Positions 6,573 through 12,998 of a stretch of 15,331 nucleotides of DNA are shown piece after piece. The notes beneath the pieces are model-generated. The model ran no database searches, had not been told where the DNA came from, and saw only the letters and a program-made list of their open reading frames with translations. The stretch spans positions 1 to 15,331 of the IMG/VR virus record IMGVR_UViG_2617270976_000002, one strand, 5' to 3'. The position numbers were made by a program, and so were the translations under genes. Within the stretch, counting starts at the first letter, position 1. Each line of letters starts with the position of its first letter. The stretch is from a virus. Lineage: Duplodnaviria > Heunggongvirae > Uroviricota > Caudoviricetes.

Positions 6573-7316
6573 TCACTTTGTTGTCGGTGAATGAACCGGA
6601 ATATCAGCAATCGAACTGAAAATATCCCGGTGTTTATTCAGCTCCCGCAGCGCGGCGCAGACTCGCTCCCACTTCTGAACCTGACCTTTTGCCCGGCGCA
6701 GCTCACGGTTAGCCACATGCAGCGATGGTAAAATCAGACCATCCGGATGTTTTCTGGTGAACGACGGCTGTGACTGCACTGTGACCGCCACACTTTCCGT
6801 TTTTATTTCTTCCTGTGTTTCTGCTTCCCGAACTGGTAACGCAACACCTGCTGGCTGAGGAAAGGCTTTACCATCGGTTTCCGCTACGGATGCAGCTTCC
6901 GGCTCTGCCGGTAAATCAGCGCCCGGTATGCAGTAACGAAATTTACCGCCCTGATTCACGCGAATCAGACGCCCTTTGCTGATTGCCATGGCCAGCGATG
7001 AATTCGCCCGGCGGGAGGTAATCCCGAACATCAGTGCCAGCTCATCCGCCGTTTGTGGGCCATGTTGTTCAATCGCCTCAGTCAGCATTTGCGCTGTCAC
7101 TTTCGGTACCGGTGACACCGGTTCACTTTCACCAGCCTGAATCAGCCACCACATCGAACCCTTGTTATCCGCTTCACCGCGGCGCTTCAGTTTCCACAGT
7201 TCGTTGACCGCATCTTTACGGCTGATTCCAAGGCGGGCCGCCACTACCTGTGAAGAGGCTCTTTTCAGTGCTTTCAGTGCGTCAAATACGGTTTCCATTA
7301 AAATTTCCTCCGACAA
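6573..7316 (-). CDS. two-domain winged-helix protein (247 aa)
   Basis: Two HTH-like segments (…[26 protein letters not shown]… and …[30 protein letters not shown]…) separated by a Pro/Ala/Glu-rich linker. Lies immediately downstream of the P-like gene. Confidence 0.6.
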   Translation of the reverse strand: MSEEILMETVFDALKALKRASSQVVAARLGISRKDAVNELWKLKRRGEADNKGSMWWLIQAGESEPVSPVPKVTAQMLTEAIEQHGPQTADELALMFGITSRRANSSLAMAISKGRLIRVNQGGKFRYCIPGADLPAEPEAASVAETDGKAFPQPAGVALPVREAETQEEIKTESVAVTVQSQPSFTRKHPDGLILPSLHVANRELRRAKGQVQKWERVCAALRELNKHRDIFSSIADIPVHSPTTK

Positions 7317-7331
7317 AATCGTTTCTCAGAT

Positions 7332-7997
7332 TCAAATAAAACCAGCTGCCTTCCGGCGTTCGTATTCCTGTTTCAGCCGTTCAATTGGCGTTGGCCCTTG
7401 CGGGTGTTTCGCCCCTTCCAGTTGTCGTCGCACTGGCGGAACACTCATCCCGTTACCAACATGCTTTGCCCATTTCGTCAGTTGCCGTTCTGCAAGTCGT
7501 TTTAACTCACCCTGCGTCATCTGGCGCTCAATCCCTCTGGTACGCATTTCGAGGCAGATGTGGTACAGCACAGGCTGTGGCCACGGGTATTTATCACTCC
7601 CGTCGTATCGCCAGGATTCATTGCGCCAGCGCCGGTACTCTTCCATCACTGCATCCACCGTAAGACCAAATGGATTTGCCCCACTCTCCGAAATCAGTGC
7701 AACAAACTCAGCCAGGTCCGGGGGCCACGTTTCACCCGCCCGGCAGCGGTCCATGCACTGACGGCAGACCAGCCGGATTTGCTGTTCAGTCATCGCGCCA
7801 ATCTGGGCAATCCAGAGCTTCGAAGGTGCGGCCCCGTTCTTCTGGGTCCAGCGGTTCGAATAAACCTCCCCCATGAGTTCCCACAGCTTCCAGACCGTTT
7901 CCGTCGCTGATAAATCCGTTTTCACGTTCCCACTGCTCACGTGCTGCCCGAATTTCCTGAACTGCCCGTGATGCGGTGCCACCTGGTGCTGCTGCAT
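7332..7997 (-). CDS. lambda-P-like replication protein (DnaB helicase loader); start uncertain
   Basis: …ETWPPDLAEFVALISE… and …YPWPQPVLYHICLEMRTRGIERQMTQGELKRLAERQLTKW… parallel lambda P (…PFLPSPGQFVAWCRE… and …YPWKSNAHYWLVTNLYQNMRANALTDAELRRKAADELVHM…, recalled). The longest ORF overlaps the O-like gene by about 210 nt; the true start is probably internal. Confidence 0.7.
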   Translation of the reverse strand: MQQHQVAPHHGQFRKFGQHVSSGNVKTDLSATETVWKLWELMGEVYSNRWTQKNGAAPSKLWIAQIGAMTEQQIRLVCRQCMDRCRAGETWPPDLAEFVALISESGANPFGLTVDAVMEEYRRWRNESWRYDGSDKYPWPQPVLYHICLEMRTRGIERQMTQGELKRLAERQLTKWAKHVGNGMSVPPVRRQLEGAKHPQGPTPIERLKQEYERRKAAGFI

Positions 7998-8832
7998 GGT
8001 TTACCCCCTTGCTGACTGGCTTAACCTGCGCCCTGACGTGATTTACGTGACGGGCGAATTTCTGCTCCCACTGAACCTGCGTGAAAACTTTCCCCTCCGC
8101 TGCCCAGTAGTCCCGGAAAGCGGCAAGTTCAGCAGGTGTAAATTCCGGCTCCGGCAAAGCCATCCCCCACAACGCAGCCCGTCGTCGAAAATCCGGCGAC
8201 GGATGCCAGTCATCGACCATCGGAAATTTCCCGATGGGTTCGCTCAGTCCATCCAGGGATGCAGGTTCTGCTGCCTGCAACGGCGTACCACTCGACTCAC
8301 TGGTCGGAGCACTCTCGCGCACGTGCGCGTTATGTGTGGGGTTTAATTCTTTATCTGTATCTTTATCTGTCGTGACTCGTCGTGACATGTCGTGACATAT
8401 GCGTGACTCGTCGTGACACCCCTCATTCTGTTTTCGTAATTTATCCCTCTCGCGCTGCGCTCTCTTGCGCTCTGCCGGGGATTTCGCGGTTTGTGAAACG
8501 TTGCCATTGTCCTCTTTCAGTACCTGGCGTTTTTCCCATCCGGTGATTAAATCTCCATCAAGTACCCGCCCCTGCATTGCCTGTAAAATTGAATCAATTA
8601 CTTCTTCCGTCACATCAAGCGCACTTGCTAAATCTTCCGTCGTGACATCAATGTGACCACGTAGTGACACGCCGTGACATGTCGTGACATTTCGTGACGC
8701 GTTCACCAGAAGGTGGATATACACCGCCATCACTGTTGCAATTGGCTGTCCTGACACCCTGGAAATTGTTCGCCACTTAGGATCATTTGGCATGTCATGC
8801 CATAACCTGAGCCAGGCATTAGCCATACTCAC
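7786..8832 (-). CDS. O-like replication initiator with DnaT-like C-terminal domain
   Basis: 348 aa. The C-terminal segment …IGKFPMVDDWHPSPDFRRRAALWGMALPEPEFTPAELAAFRDYWAAEGKVFTQVQWEQKFARH… closely parallels E. coli DnaT (…[62 protein letters not shown]…, recalled). Both iteron arrays lie inside this gene, and it sits directly upstream of the P-like gene. Confidence 0.8.
   Translation of the reverse strand: MSMANAWLRLWHDMPNDPKWRTISRVSGQPIATVMAVYIHLLVNASRNVTTCHGVSLRGHIDVTTEDLASALDVTEEVIDSILQAMQGRVLDGDLITGWEKRQVLKEDNGNVSQTAKSPAERKRAQRERDKLRKQNEGCHDESRICHDMSRRVTTDKDTDKELNPTHNAHVRESAPTSESSGTPLQAAEPASLDGLSEPIGKFPMVDDWHPSPDFRRRAALWGMALPEPEFTPAELAAFRDYWAAEGKVFTQVQWEQKFARHVNHVRAQVKPVSKGVNHAAAPGGTASRAVQEIRAAREQWERENGFISDGNGLEAVGTHGGGLFEPLDPEERGRTFEALDCPDWRDD
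8369..8417. repeat. iteron array A: five direct (G)TCGTGAC repeats at 10-11 bp phasing, next to an AT-rich tract
   Basis: CGTGAC at about 8371, 8381, 8391, 8402 and 8412. Preceded at 8341-8370 by an AT-rich tract containing a tandem CTTTATCTGT repeat. Located in the linker-coding middle of the O-like gene. Confidence 0.6.
8641..8698. repeat. iteron array B: six direct (C)GTGAC repeats at about 10 bp phasing
   Basis: GTGAC at about 8641, 8653, 8664, 8673, 8683 and 8693, plus one inverted copy (GTCAC) near 8612. Located in the N-terminal-domain coding part of the O-like gene. Confidence 0.55.
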
Positions 8833-8897
8833 CTCTTCTGATACCGAATCTTTTTACTCACGAATTACCGGAAGCGATCCGGTATGAATATTGTCAG

Positions 8898-9323
8898 TCA
8901 ATGCACAACCACAATATTTCCCGCCGGGCCACCACGATTCATCTGGTTGAAACCAGCGATCGCCACTGCGACAAAATCATCAGCGTCTCTCACCAGTCGT
9001 TCCCGCGTCTCCACCAGCTCCCGAAAATAAGCTGAACTGTGGCTGCGCATTCGGGCCACCAGCAGAGGCGGCATTGCTTTTTCGATCGCTGGTAACAACG
9101 CCTGAATTTTTTTAACCGCATCAGGAGTGTCTTTCTCCACCCAGCGGAAAATTTTCTGGGTATTGCGAGCCAGGGCTTCCGGATGGCTGTCGTCATATAA
9201 TTCCGGGAACGTCATACCAAGCTCAAAATAAGCCCGGGTTATTTCAGCTGCCGGAACTTTTTCACCGTCCGGATGCGCCCAGGCATTCATCGCCATGCGG
9301 ATGTGCTCATGCCTGATTTTCAT
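8898..9323 (-). CDS. YdaT-like protein (occupies the cII position)
   Basis: 141 aa. MKIRHEHI… start, internal …KKIQALLPAIEKAMPPLL… and C-terminal …VVVH resemble Rac prophage YdaT as I recall it. Start overlaps the Cro-like gene's end by 17 nt. Confidence 0.6.
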   Translation of the reverse strand: MKIRHEHIRMAMNAWAHPDGEKVPAAEITRAYFELGMTFPELYDDSHPEALARNTQKIFRWVEKDTPDAVKKIQALLPAIEKAMPPLLVARMRSHSSAYFRELVETRERLVRDADDFVAVAIAGFNQMNRGGPAGNIVVVH

Positions 9324-9582
9324 GAATCAACTCCGATGCATTTGGTGTGTTAGCCTTGAATCCAACAGGTAAGCCGTCGGTTGGATTCGGGTAAATATCA
9401 GGCCGGAGTTCATGAGGTGTAACCTCGAAATTCGTTACTTCAGCAACACGTAATGCTTTTTCAGGGCTGAATCTTTCATAGCCCCCCAGCACTCGACTTA
9501 CATGCACCTGAGATAAACCCGTTAGCTTCCCAAACTGTAGCTGGGTGATATGTTTCTCTTTTAAATAGTCTCTTAAGTTCAT
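9307..9582 (-). CDS. Cro-like HTH protein (YdaS-type)
   Basis: ORF track start is a TTG at 9588; I prefer the ATG at 9580-9582 (MNLRDYLKEKHITQLQFGKLTGLSQVHVSRV…), which has a GAAGG RBS. HTH near the N-terminus; …ELRPDIYPNP… resembles the ELRPDI motif of YdaS (recalled). Divergent from the repressor gene. Confidence 0.7.
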   Translation of the reverse strand: MNLRDYLKEKHITQLQFGKLTGLSQVHVSRVLGGYERFSPEKALRVAEVTNFEVTPHELRPDIYPNPTDGLPVGFKANTPNASELIHENQA

Positions 9583-9689
9583 AGCCAACCTTCTACGTTA
9601 TGCCCCGAGCAAATATTAGCCCCACTAATTTTAAAGATCAATAGCCAGGCTATCTTTGATAATATCGGTAAAACAAATAAACTCTATGT
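9583..9689. promoter_or_regulatory. immunity-region control region: divergent promoters with TAGCC-type operator half-sites
   Basis: Leftward promoter on the minus strand: TTGATC (9636-9641), 17 nt, TAATAT (9613-9618). Rightward extended -10 TGaTAATAT at about 9657-9665. Perfect palindrome ATAGCCAGGCTAT at 9641-9653, with related sites TTAGCCCCACTAA (9616-9628) and ATAGCCAACC (9581-9590). Confidence 0.5.
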
Positions 9690-10151
9690 ATGAAAAAAAC
9701 ACGCGAAGTGATTGCAACTCCAGCAGCGAGCAAGAATTTAAAAGCCGCATGGAATGCAAGAAAAAAAGAGCTGAAGCTGACTCAAGAGCTGGCGGCTGAG
9801 TTGTTGGGATTCGAATCTCAAGGCACCGTTAGCCAGTATCTGAACGGCAAGATACCGGTAAATACCGACGCTGCGCTAAAATTTGCGGCTCTGTTAAAGG
9901 TAAAACCAGAGGACATTCGAGAAGACCTTAAAGACTTAATGAATTATGTAAGATCATCAGATACTTATGATGATAGCTTTTCAGGCAAAGGATGGAGGCT
10001 GGTCAATGAAGAACAGGCAGAGTTACTTAACCTCTTCGAGATTCTACCTGCGTCAGAAAAAGCCAAACTCCTTAACCAGCTACGTGGACTAAACAAGCTC
10101 TACGAGGAAGCCTTCGAGAACATGCTGGCACTAAAGAAACGTAACCAGTAG
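9690..10151 (+). CDS. DicA-like prophage repressor (HTH_XRE, no S24 peptidase domain)
   Basis: 153 aa. HTH …LTQELAAELLGFESQGTVSQYLNG…; C-terminal …ELLNLFEILPASEKAKLLNQLRGLNKLYEEAFENMLALKKR parallels the DicA C-terminus (…ELLELFNALPESEQDTQLAEMRARVKNFNKLFEELLKARQR, recalled). No Ala-Gly/Ser-Lys autocleavage module is visible. Confidence 0.75.
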   Translation: MKKTREVIATPAASKNLKAAWNARKKELKLTQELAAELLGFESQGTVSQYLNGKIPVNTDAALKFAALLKVKPEDIREDLKDLMNYVRSSDTYDDSFSGKGWRLVNEEQAELLNLFEILPASEKAKLLNQLRGLNKLYEEAFENMLALKKRNQ

Positions 10152-10176
10152 CCACCGCTCACTACCCCATCCACAA

Positions 10177-10207
10177 CAAAAAAACCGACGTCTTAGTCGG
10201 TTTTTTT
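10177..10207 (+). terminator. intrinsic terminator after the repressor gene
   Basis: AAAAAAA-CCGAC-GTCTTA-GTCGG-TTTTTTT: symmetric A-tract, stem and U-tract, about 25 nt after the stop. Confidence 0.65.
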
Positions 10208-10304
10208 GTGCCATAACTTCTGCAAATCAGCTGTATAACTAATATTTTTCCCTTGAAAAAACATTTACATAGTTACCAAATCAAAAATATCATACGCCAT
10301 ACTG

Positions 10305-10333
10305 TTGACTTAAAATATCCGTGTTACTAATAT
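10305..10333 (+). promoter_or_regulatory. strong sigma70-type promoter for the ydfA-dicF-dicB operon
   Basis: TTGACT (10305-10310), 17-nt spacer, TAATAT (10328-10333). The first gene starts about 70 nt downstream. Confidence 0.5.
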
Positions 10334-10404
10334 TTCTATCAAGAACAACACGGCGCTGTAGGTTTTAGTTCCGCCACCCGGCGTTAAGGGGAAATGAGGT
10401 CAAC

Positions 10405-10557
10405 ATGGATATGCTCAATCTTGGCAACAACGAATCTCTGGTATGTGGTGTGTTCCCCAACCAGGACGGCACATTCACCGCGATGACGTATACCAAAAGT
10501 AAAACGTTTAAAACCGCAGCTGGCGCGCATCGCTGGTTAGCAAGAAACACTGACTGA
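10405..10557 (+). CDS. ydfA: YdfA-like small protein (50 aa)
   Basis: Hand-translated, below the ORF-track cutoff: MDMLNLGNNESLVCGVFPNQDGTFTAMTYTKSKTFKTAAGAHRWLARNTD, with GAGGT RBS. Size and position (first gene after the DicA-like repressor) match Qin ydfA. Replaces the antisense ORF 10365..10550. Confidence 0.55.
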   Translation: MDMLNLGNNESLVCGVFPNQDGTFTAMTYTKSKTFKTAAGAHRWLARNTD

Positions 10558-10568
10558 TGAGGTTGACG

Positions 10569-10907
10569 ATGGAATTTAAAGATTTACCTCCTTCAATCCA
10601 GGAGATTGCAGCACACACGCTTCGTCATCGTCTGAACGAACTTGAATTGGAATCGGTAACAAAAAAAGACACTGATAATATGGCTCGTAATGTGCGCGAT
10701 GCGTTTACTGGGCTGTTTTCAGATACAGCTTTAAATATCCATGGCACAGAGGATACAGCAAAACAATTTGCAGAAAAAGAAGTGGAAGATCCCAGTTCAA
10801 AGAGCCAGAAACAGCCAAACAACCATGAAATTAACGAACTGCTTCTGGCAACAGGCTTCATAAATATTAACGAATATGAACGCCGTAAAAAAATGTTATC
10901 TGATTAA
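10569..10907 (+). CDS. hypothetical protein (112 aa)
   Basis: ORF track gives a TTG start at 10557; the ATG at 10569 (MEFKDLPPSIQEIAAHTL…) is preferred. Acidic and Lys-rich; occupies the ydfB/ydfC position. Confidence 0.55.
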   Translation: MEFKDLPPSIQEIAAHTLRHRLNELELESVTKKDTDNMARNVRDAFTGLFSDTALNIHGTEDTAKQFAEKEVEDPSSKSQKQPNNHEINELLLATGFININEYERRKKMLSD

Positions 10908-11090
10908 TCCATCAAGATATCTTTTTAGCATCAGCGTTTCTACGTTATTAAAACCATCAGATTTTAACATAGCTTCGATTCGCTGATTTAAATTGCCAAC
11001 TAACTGTTGATACTGAGTAGATGGAAGCATGTGTACCAGCTCCTTGAGAACACAATAACATGCACCAAGTTTTAACTCCTGCTCTGACAT
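10896..11090 (-). CDS. small convergent ORF (64 aa) on the strand opposite the operon
   Basis: MSEQELKLGACYCVLKELVHMLPSTQYQQLVGNLNQRIEAMLKSDGFNNVETLMLKRYLDGLIR with GGAGGA 4 nt upstream. The plus strand is closed in all frames here. Tail-to-tail overlap of 12 nt with the 112-aa gene. Confidence 0.4.
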   Translation of the reverse strand: MSEQELKLGACYCVLKELVHMLPSTQYQQLVGNLNQRIEAMLKSDGFNNVETLMLKRYLDGLIR

Positions 11091-11429
11091 TTTATCCTCC
11101 ATTGAGGTTACTGGTTGAGAATGGAGACCTCTCGTGACAGCGTGTGGTCGTGCGCCGGACACGGATAAGAATCCGGCACTGACAGTTTACTGAAAGGATA
11201 TTTCCCTGAAAAGTCAGACCATAACGCGACAGCGCACGGCGAGGTAGCTGGTTCATAGATAGCCTGTCGTTAAATTTTCGTCGACCGTGCGCTTCCGGTT
11301 GTGGCAATCCGCGAAATGGCGCGGCGGTAAGTATGGCGGGGTTATTCCTTCCCCCGTTGAGGACACCGGGTTGTCAGGTTGACCATACGCTTAAGTGACA
11401 ACCCCGCTGCAACGCCCTCTGTTATCAAT

Positions 11430-11487
11430 TTTCTGGTGACTTTTGGCGGTATCAGTTTTACTCCGTGACTGCTCTGCCGCCCTTTTT
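11430..11487 (+). ncRNA. dicF: DicF small RNA (ftsZ-targeting sRNA of Qin-type prophages)
   Basis: TTTCTGGTGACTTTTGGCGGTATCAGTTTTACTCCGTGACTGCTCTGCCGCCC followed by TTTTT matches my recollection of the 53-nt E. coli DicF almost base for base. The 3' GGCGG…CCGCC stem plus U-tract forms its terminator. Confidence 0.8.
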
Positions 11488-11768
11488 AAAGTGAATTTTG
11501 TGATGCGGTGAATGCGGCTGAGCGCACGCGGAACAGTTAAAACCAAAAACAGTGTTATGGGTGGATTCTCTGTATCCGGCGTTAATTGTTAACTGGTTAA
11601 CGTCACCTGGAGGCACCAGGCACCGCATCAACAAAGTTCACTTCGGTGATGAAAGGTAAGAGAAAATGTTGAATGTAGCTATTGAAAACCAGAACGGGTG
11701 GAATTATAGTGCACCTGCACCTCATAAAACGGGTGCCGGGCGTGGAAACCCGAAATCATTCACGGCGC

Positions 11769-11795
11769 ATAACCGCGCTCAGGCGGTTTTTTTAT
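11769..11795 (+). terminator. intrinsic terminator or attenuator in the rha leader
   Basis: AACCGC-GCTCAG-GCGGTT followed by TTTTTTT, nested in a longer inverted repeat (GCGCATAA…TTATGCG). About 170 nt upstream of the rha start. Confidence 0.45.
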
Positions 11796-11962
11796 GCGTT
11801 AAGCACAGCCACATTCGCATTATGGTGGGGCGTGCAGGGCAGCCGCAAGGCTGGCCGGGTTCCGTGATGACCGGTATTTCCACCCCTGTACGTCTCACCA
11901 CCCTTATGGTCGTGGAAAACCTCGGTGGTGAGTTAATCAAATTCATCGCGGAGGCTGCCATC

Positions 11963-12520
11963 ATGGCTACTATCCTTACCCTTTCTCACCCTGACGTAAC
12001 CATCGAAAATGGTCGCGCTGTCACTACGTCTGTTGCGATCGCCGAGTTCTTTGGCAAACGCCACGAACGAGTGTTGGATAAAATTCGCAATCTGGACTGT
12101 TCAGCAAAATTCACTGAGCACAATTTTGTGTCGAGCGAATACACCGACTCAACCGGGCGCAAACTCCCAATGTACCAAATCACCAAAAACGGCTTCGTTT
12201 TCCTGGTGATGGGGTTCACAGGTAAAAAAGCCGCAACTTTCAAAGAAGCCTACATCGCTGAGTTCGATCGCATGGAGGAAGAACTGCGCCAGAATAACGC
12301 CCCGTCTCCCGACAAAATGATTCACGGGGACGGACGCACCCTGGTTATCCGTCTCGACGAACACGGCAATATCAAATTCACTGAAACCGTTCCTGACGGC
12401 GCAATGGTCTGCACCCTGGATACCTTCCGGTTTTATCTGGAGAAACAAGGATGGACTCTTGTAAACCGGAGCGCAATTAAAAATATGACTGTGGAGCAAT
12501 TGCTAAAAATTCATTGTTGA
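11963..12520 (+). CDS. rha: Rha-family phage regulatory protein
   Basis: ORF track gives 11666..12520. The ATG at 11963 (MATILTLSHPDVTIENGRAVTTSVAIAEFFGKRHERVLDKIRNL…) has a GGAGG RBS 8 nt upstream and puts the pRha-type domain at the N-terminus, as in this family. The upstream 99 codons are Gly/Arg/Pro/His-rich and span a terminator. Confidence 0.7.
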   Translation: MATILTLSHPDVTIENGRAVTTSVAIAEFFGKRHERVLDKIRNLDCSAKFTEHNFVSSEYTDSTGRKLPMYQITKNGFVFLVMGFTGKKAATFKEAYIAEFDRMEEELRQNNAPSPDKMIHGDGRTLVIRLDEHGNIKFTETVPDGAMVCTLDTFRFYLEKQGWTLVNRSAIKNMTVEQLLKIHC

Positions 12521-12530
12521 GGACGCGATA

Positions 12531-12719
12531 ATGGAAACGTCACTACCAAACGTTAATACGTCTGACGGGTGCTTTAATATTGGTGTTCTGCTCAGTAACA
12601 GGGATTTCACCGAGGATGCAATCAATATGAGAAAATATGAACCCTACCTGCTGAATGACAATTCCATACTCTCCAGAATTGCCCTTCTTAAACTCGGTAT
12701 TTTCGGAGAGTGGCGATGA
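12531..12719 (+). CDS. dicB: DicB-like cell-division inhibitor
   Basis: METSLPNVNTSDGCFNIGVLLSNRDFTEDAINMRK… parallels E. coli DicB (MKTLLPNVNTSEGCFEIGVTISNPVFTEDAINKRK…, recalled). 62 aa, GAGGA RBS, start 11 nt after the rha stop. Confidence 0.85.
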   Translation: METSLPNVNTSDGCFNIGVLLSNRDFTEDAINMRKYEPYLLNDNSILSRIALLKLGIFGEWR

Positions 12720-12919
12720 ACACATTATTCGTACTCATTCTGACTGTACATCTCAATACTGGTGAGTCGCTTGATGCAATCACCGGCATGTACAACTCAA
12801 TGAAAGAATGCATGGCTGCCGCAGCGGAACAGAAAATTCCCGGCAACTGTTATCCGGTCGATAAAGTTATTCACATGGACAATAACGAAATCCCGGCAGG
12901 ATTAAAAACAGCGCCGTAA
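12716..12919 (+). CDS. ydfD: YdfD-like small membrane protein
   Basis: MNTLFVLILTVHLNTGESLD…MKECMAAAAEQKIPGNCYPVDKVIHMDNNEIPAGL resembles Qin YdfD (recalled). Hydrophobic N-terminus; start overlaps the dicB stop. ORF track start is a GTG at 12710. Confidence 0.7.
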   Translation: MNTLFVLILTVHLNTGESLDAITGMYNSMKECMAAAAEQKIPGNCYPVDKVIHMDNNEIPAGLKTAP

Positions 12920-12998
12920 TTAATATCCAGTTTCATTTTTATATGCCAGCAATGGCAGGGATTTGTTCACCCTTAAATCTGTAATGAGGTAAAACAAA

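Noticed and set aside
8369-8698. CGTGAC repeat arrays as a possible CRISPR array
   Set aside because: Unit length is about 10 bp with no spacers of CRISPR size and the arrays are inside a coding region; phased iterons fit better.
7162-8887. Plus-strand ORFs 7162..7761, 7385..7663, 7560..7910, 7670..7876, 7996..8346, 8465..8656, 8684..8887
   Set aside because: Antisense to the O-like and P-like genes, which have clear homology; GC-skewed shadow frames.
8990-9196. Minus-strand ORF 8990..9196 (68 aa)
   Set aside because: Alternative frame nested inside the YdaT-like gene.
10365-10550. Minus-strand ORF 10365..10550 (61 aa)
   Set aside because: Antisense to the plus-strand ydfA-like ORF, which has a proper RBS and operon orientation.
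10625-10861. Minus-strand ORF 10625..10861 (78 aa)
   Set aside because: Antisense shadow within the 112-aa plus-strand gene.
11092-11307. Minus-strand ORF 11092..11307 (71 aa)
   Set aside because: Arg/Thr-rich, no RBS; lies in the region that appears to be the non-coding DicF precursor.
11666-11962. N-terminal extension of the rha ORF from the ATG at 11666, and ORFs 11682..11867+ and 11779..11964-
   Set aside because: The extension spans an intrinsic terminator hairpin and has Gly/Arg/Pro/His-rich composition; Rha-family proteins carry their conserved domain at the N-terminus, which matches the 11963 start. Kept as a leader-region finding instead.
11986-12725. ORFs 11986..12243-, 12009..12209+, 12149..12499- and 12543..12725-
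   Set aside because: Shadows within or antisense to rha and dicB.
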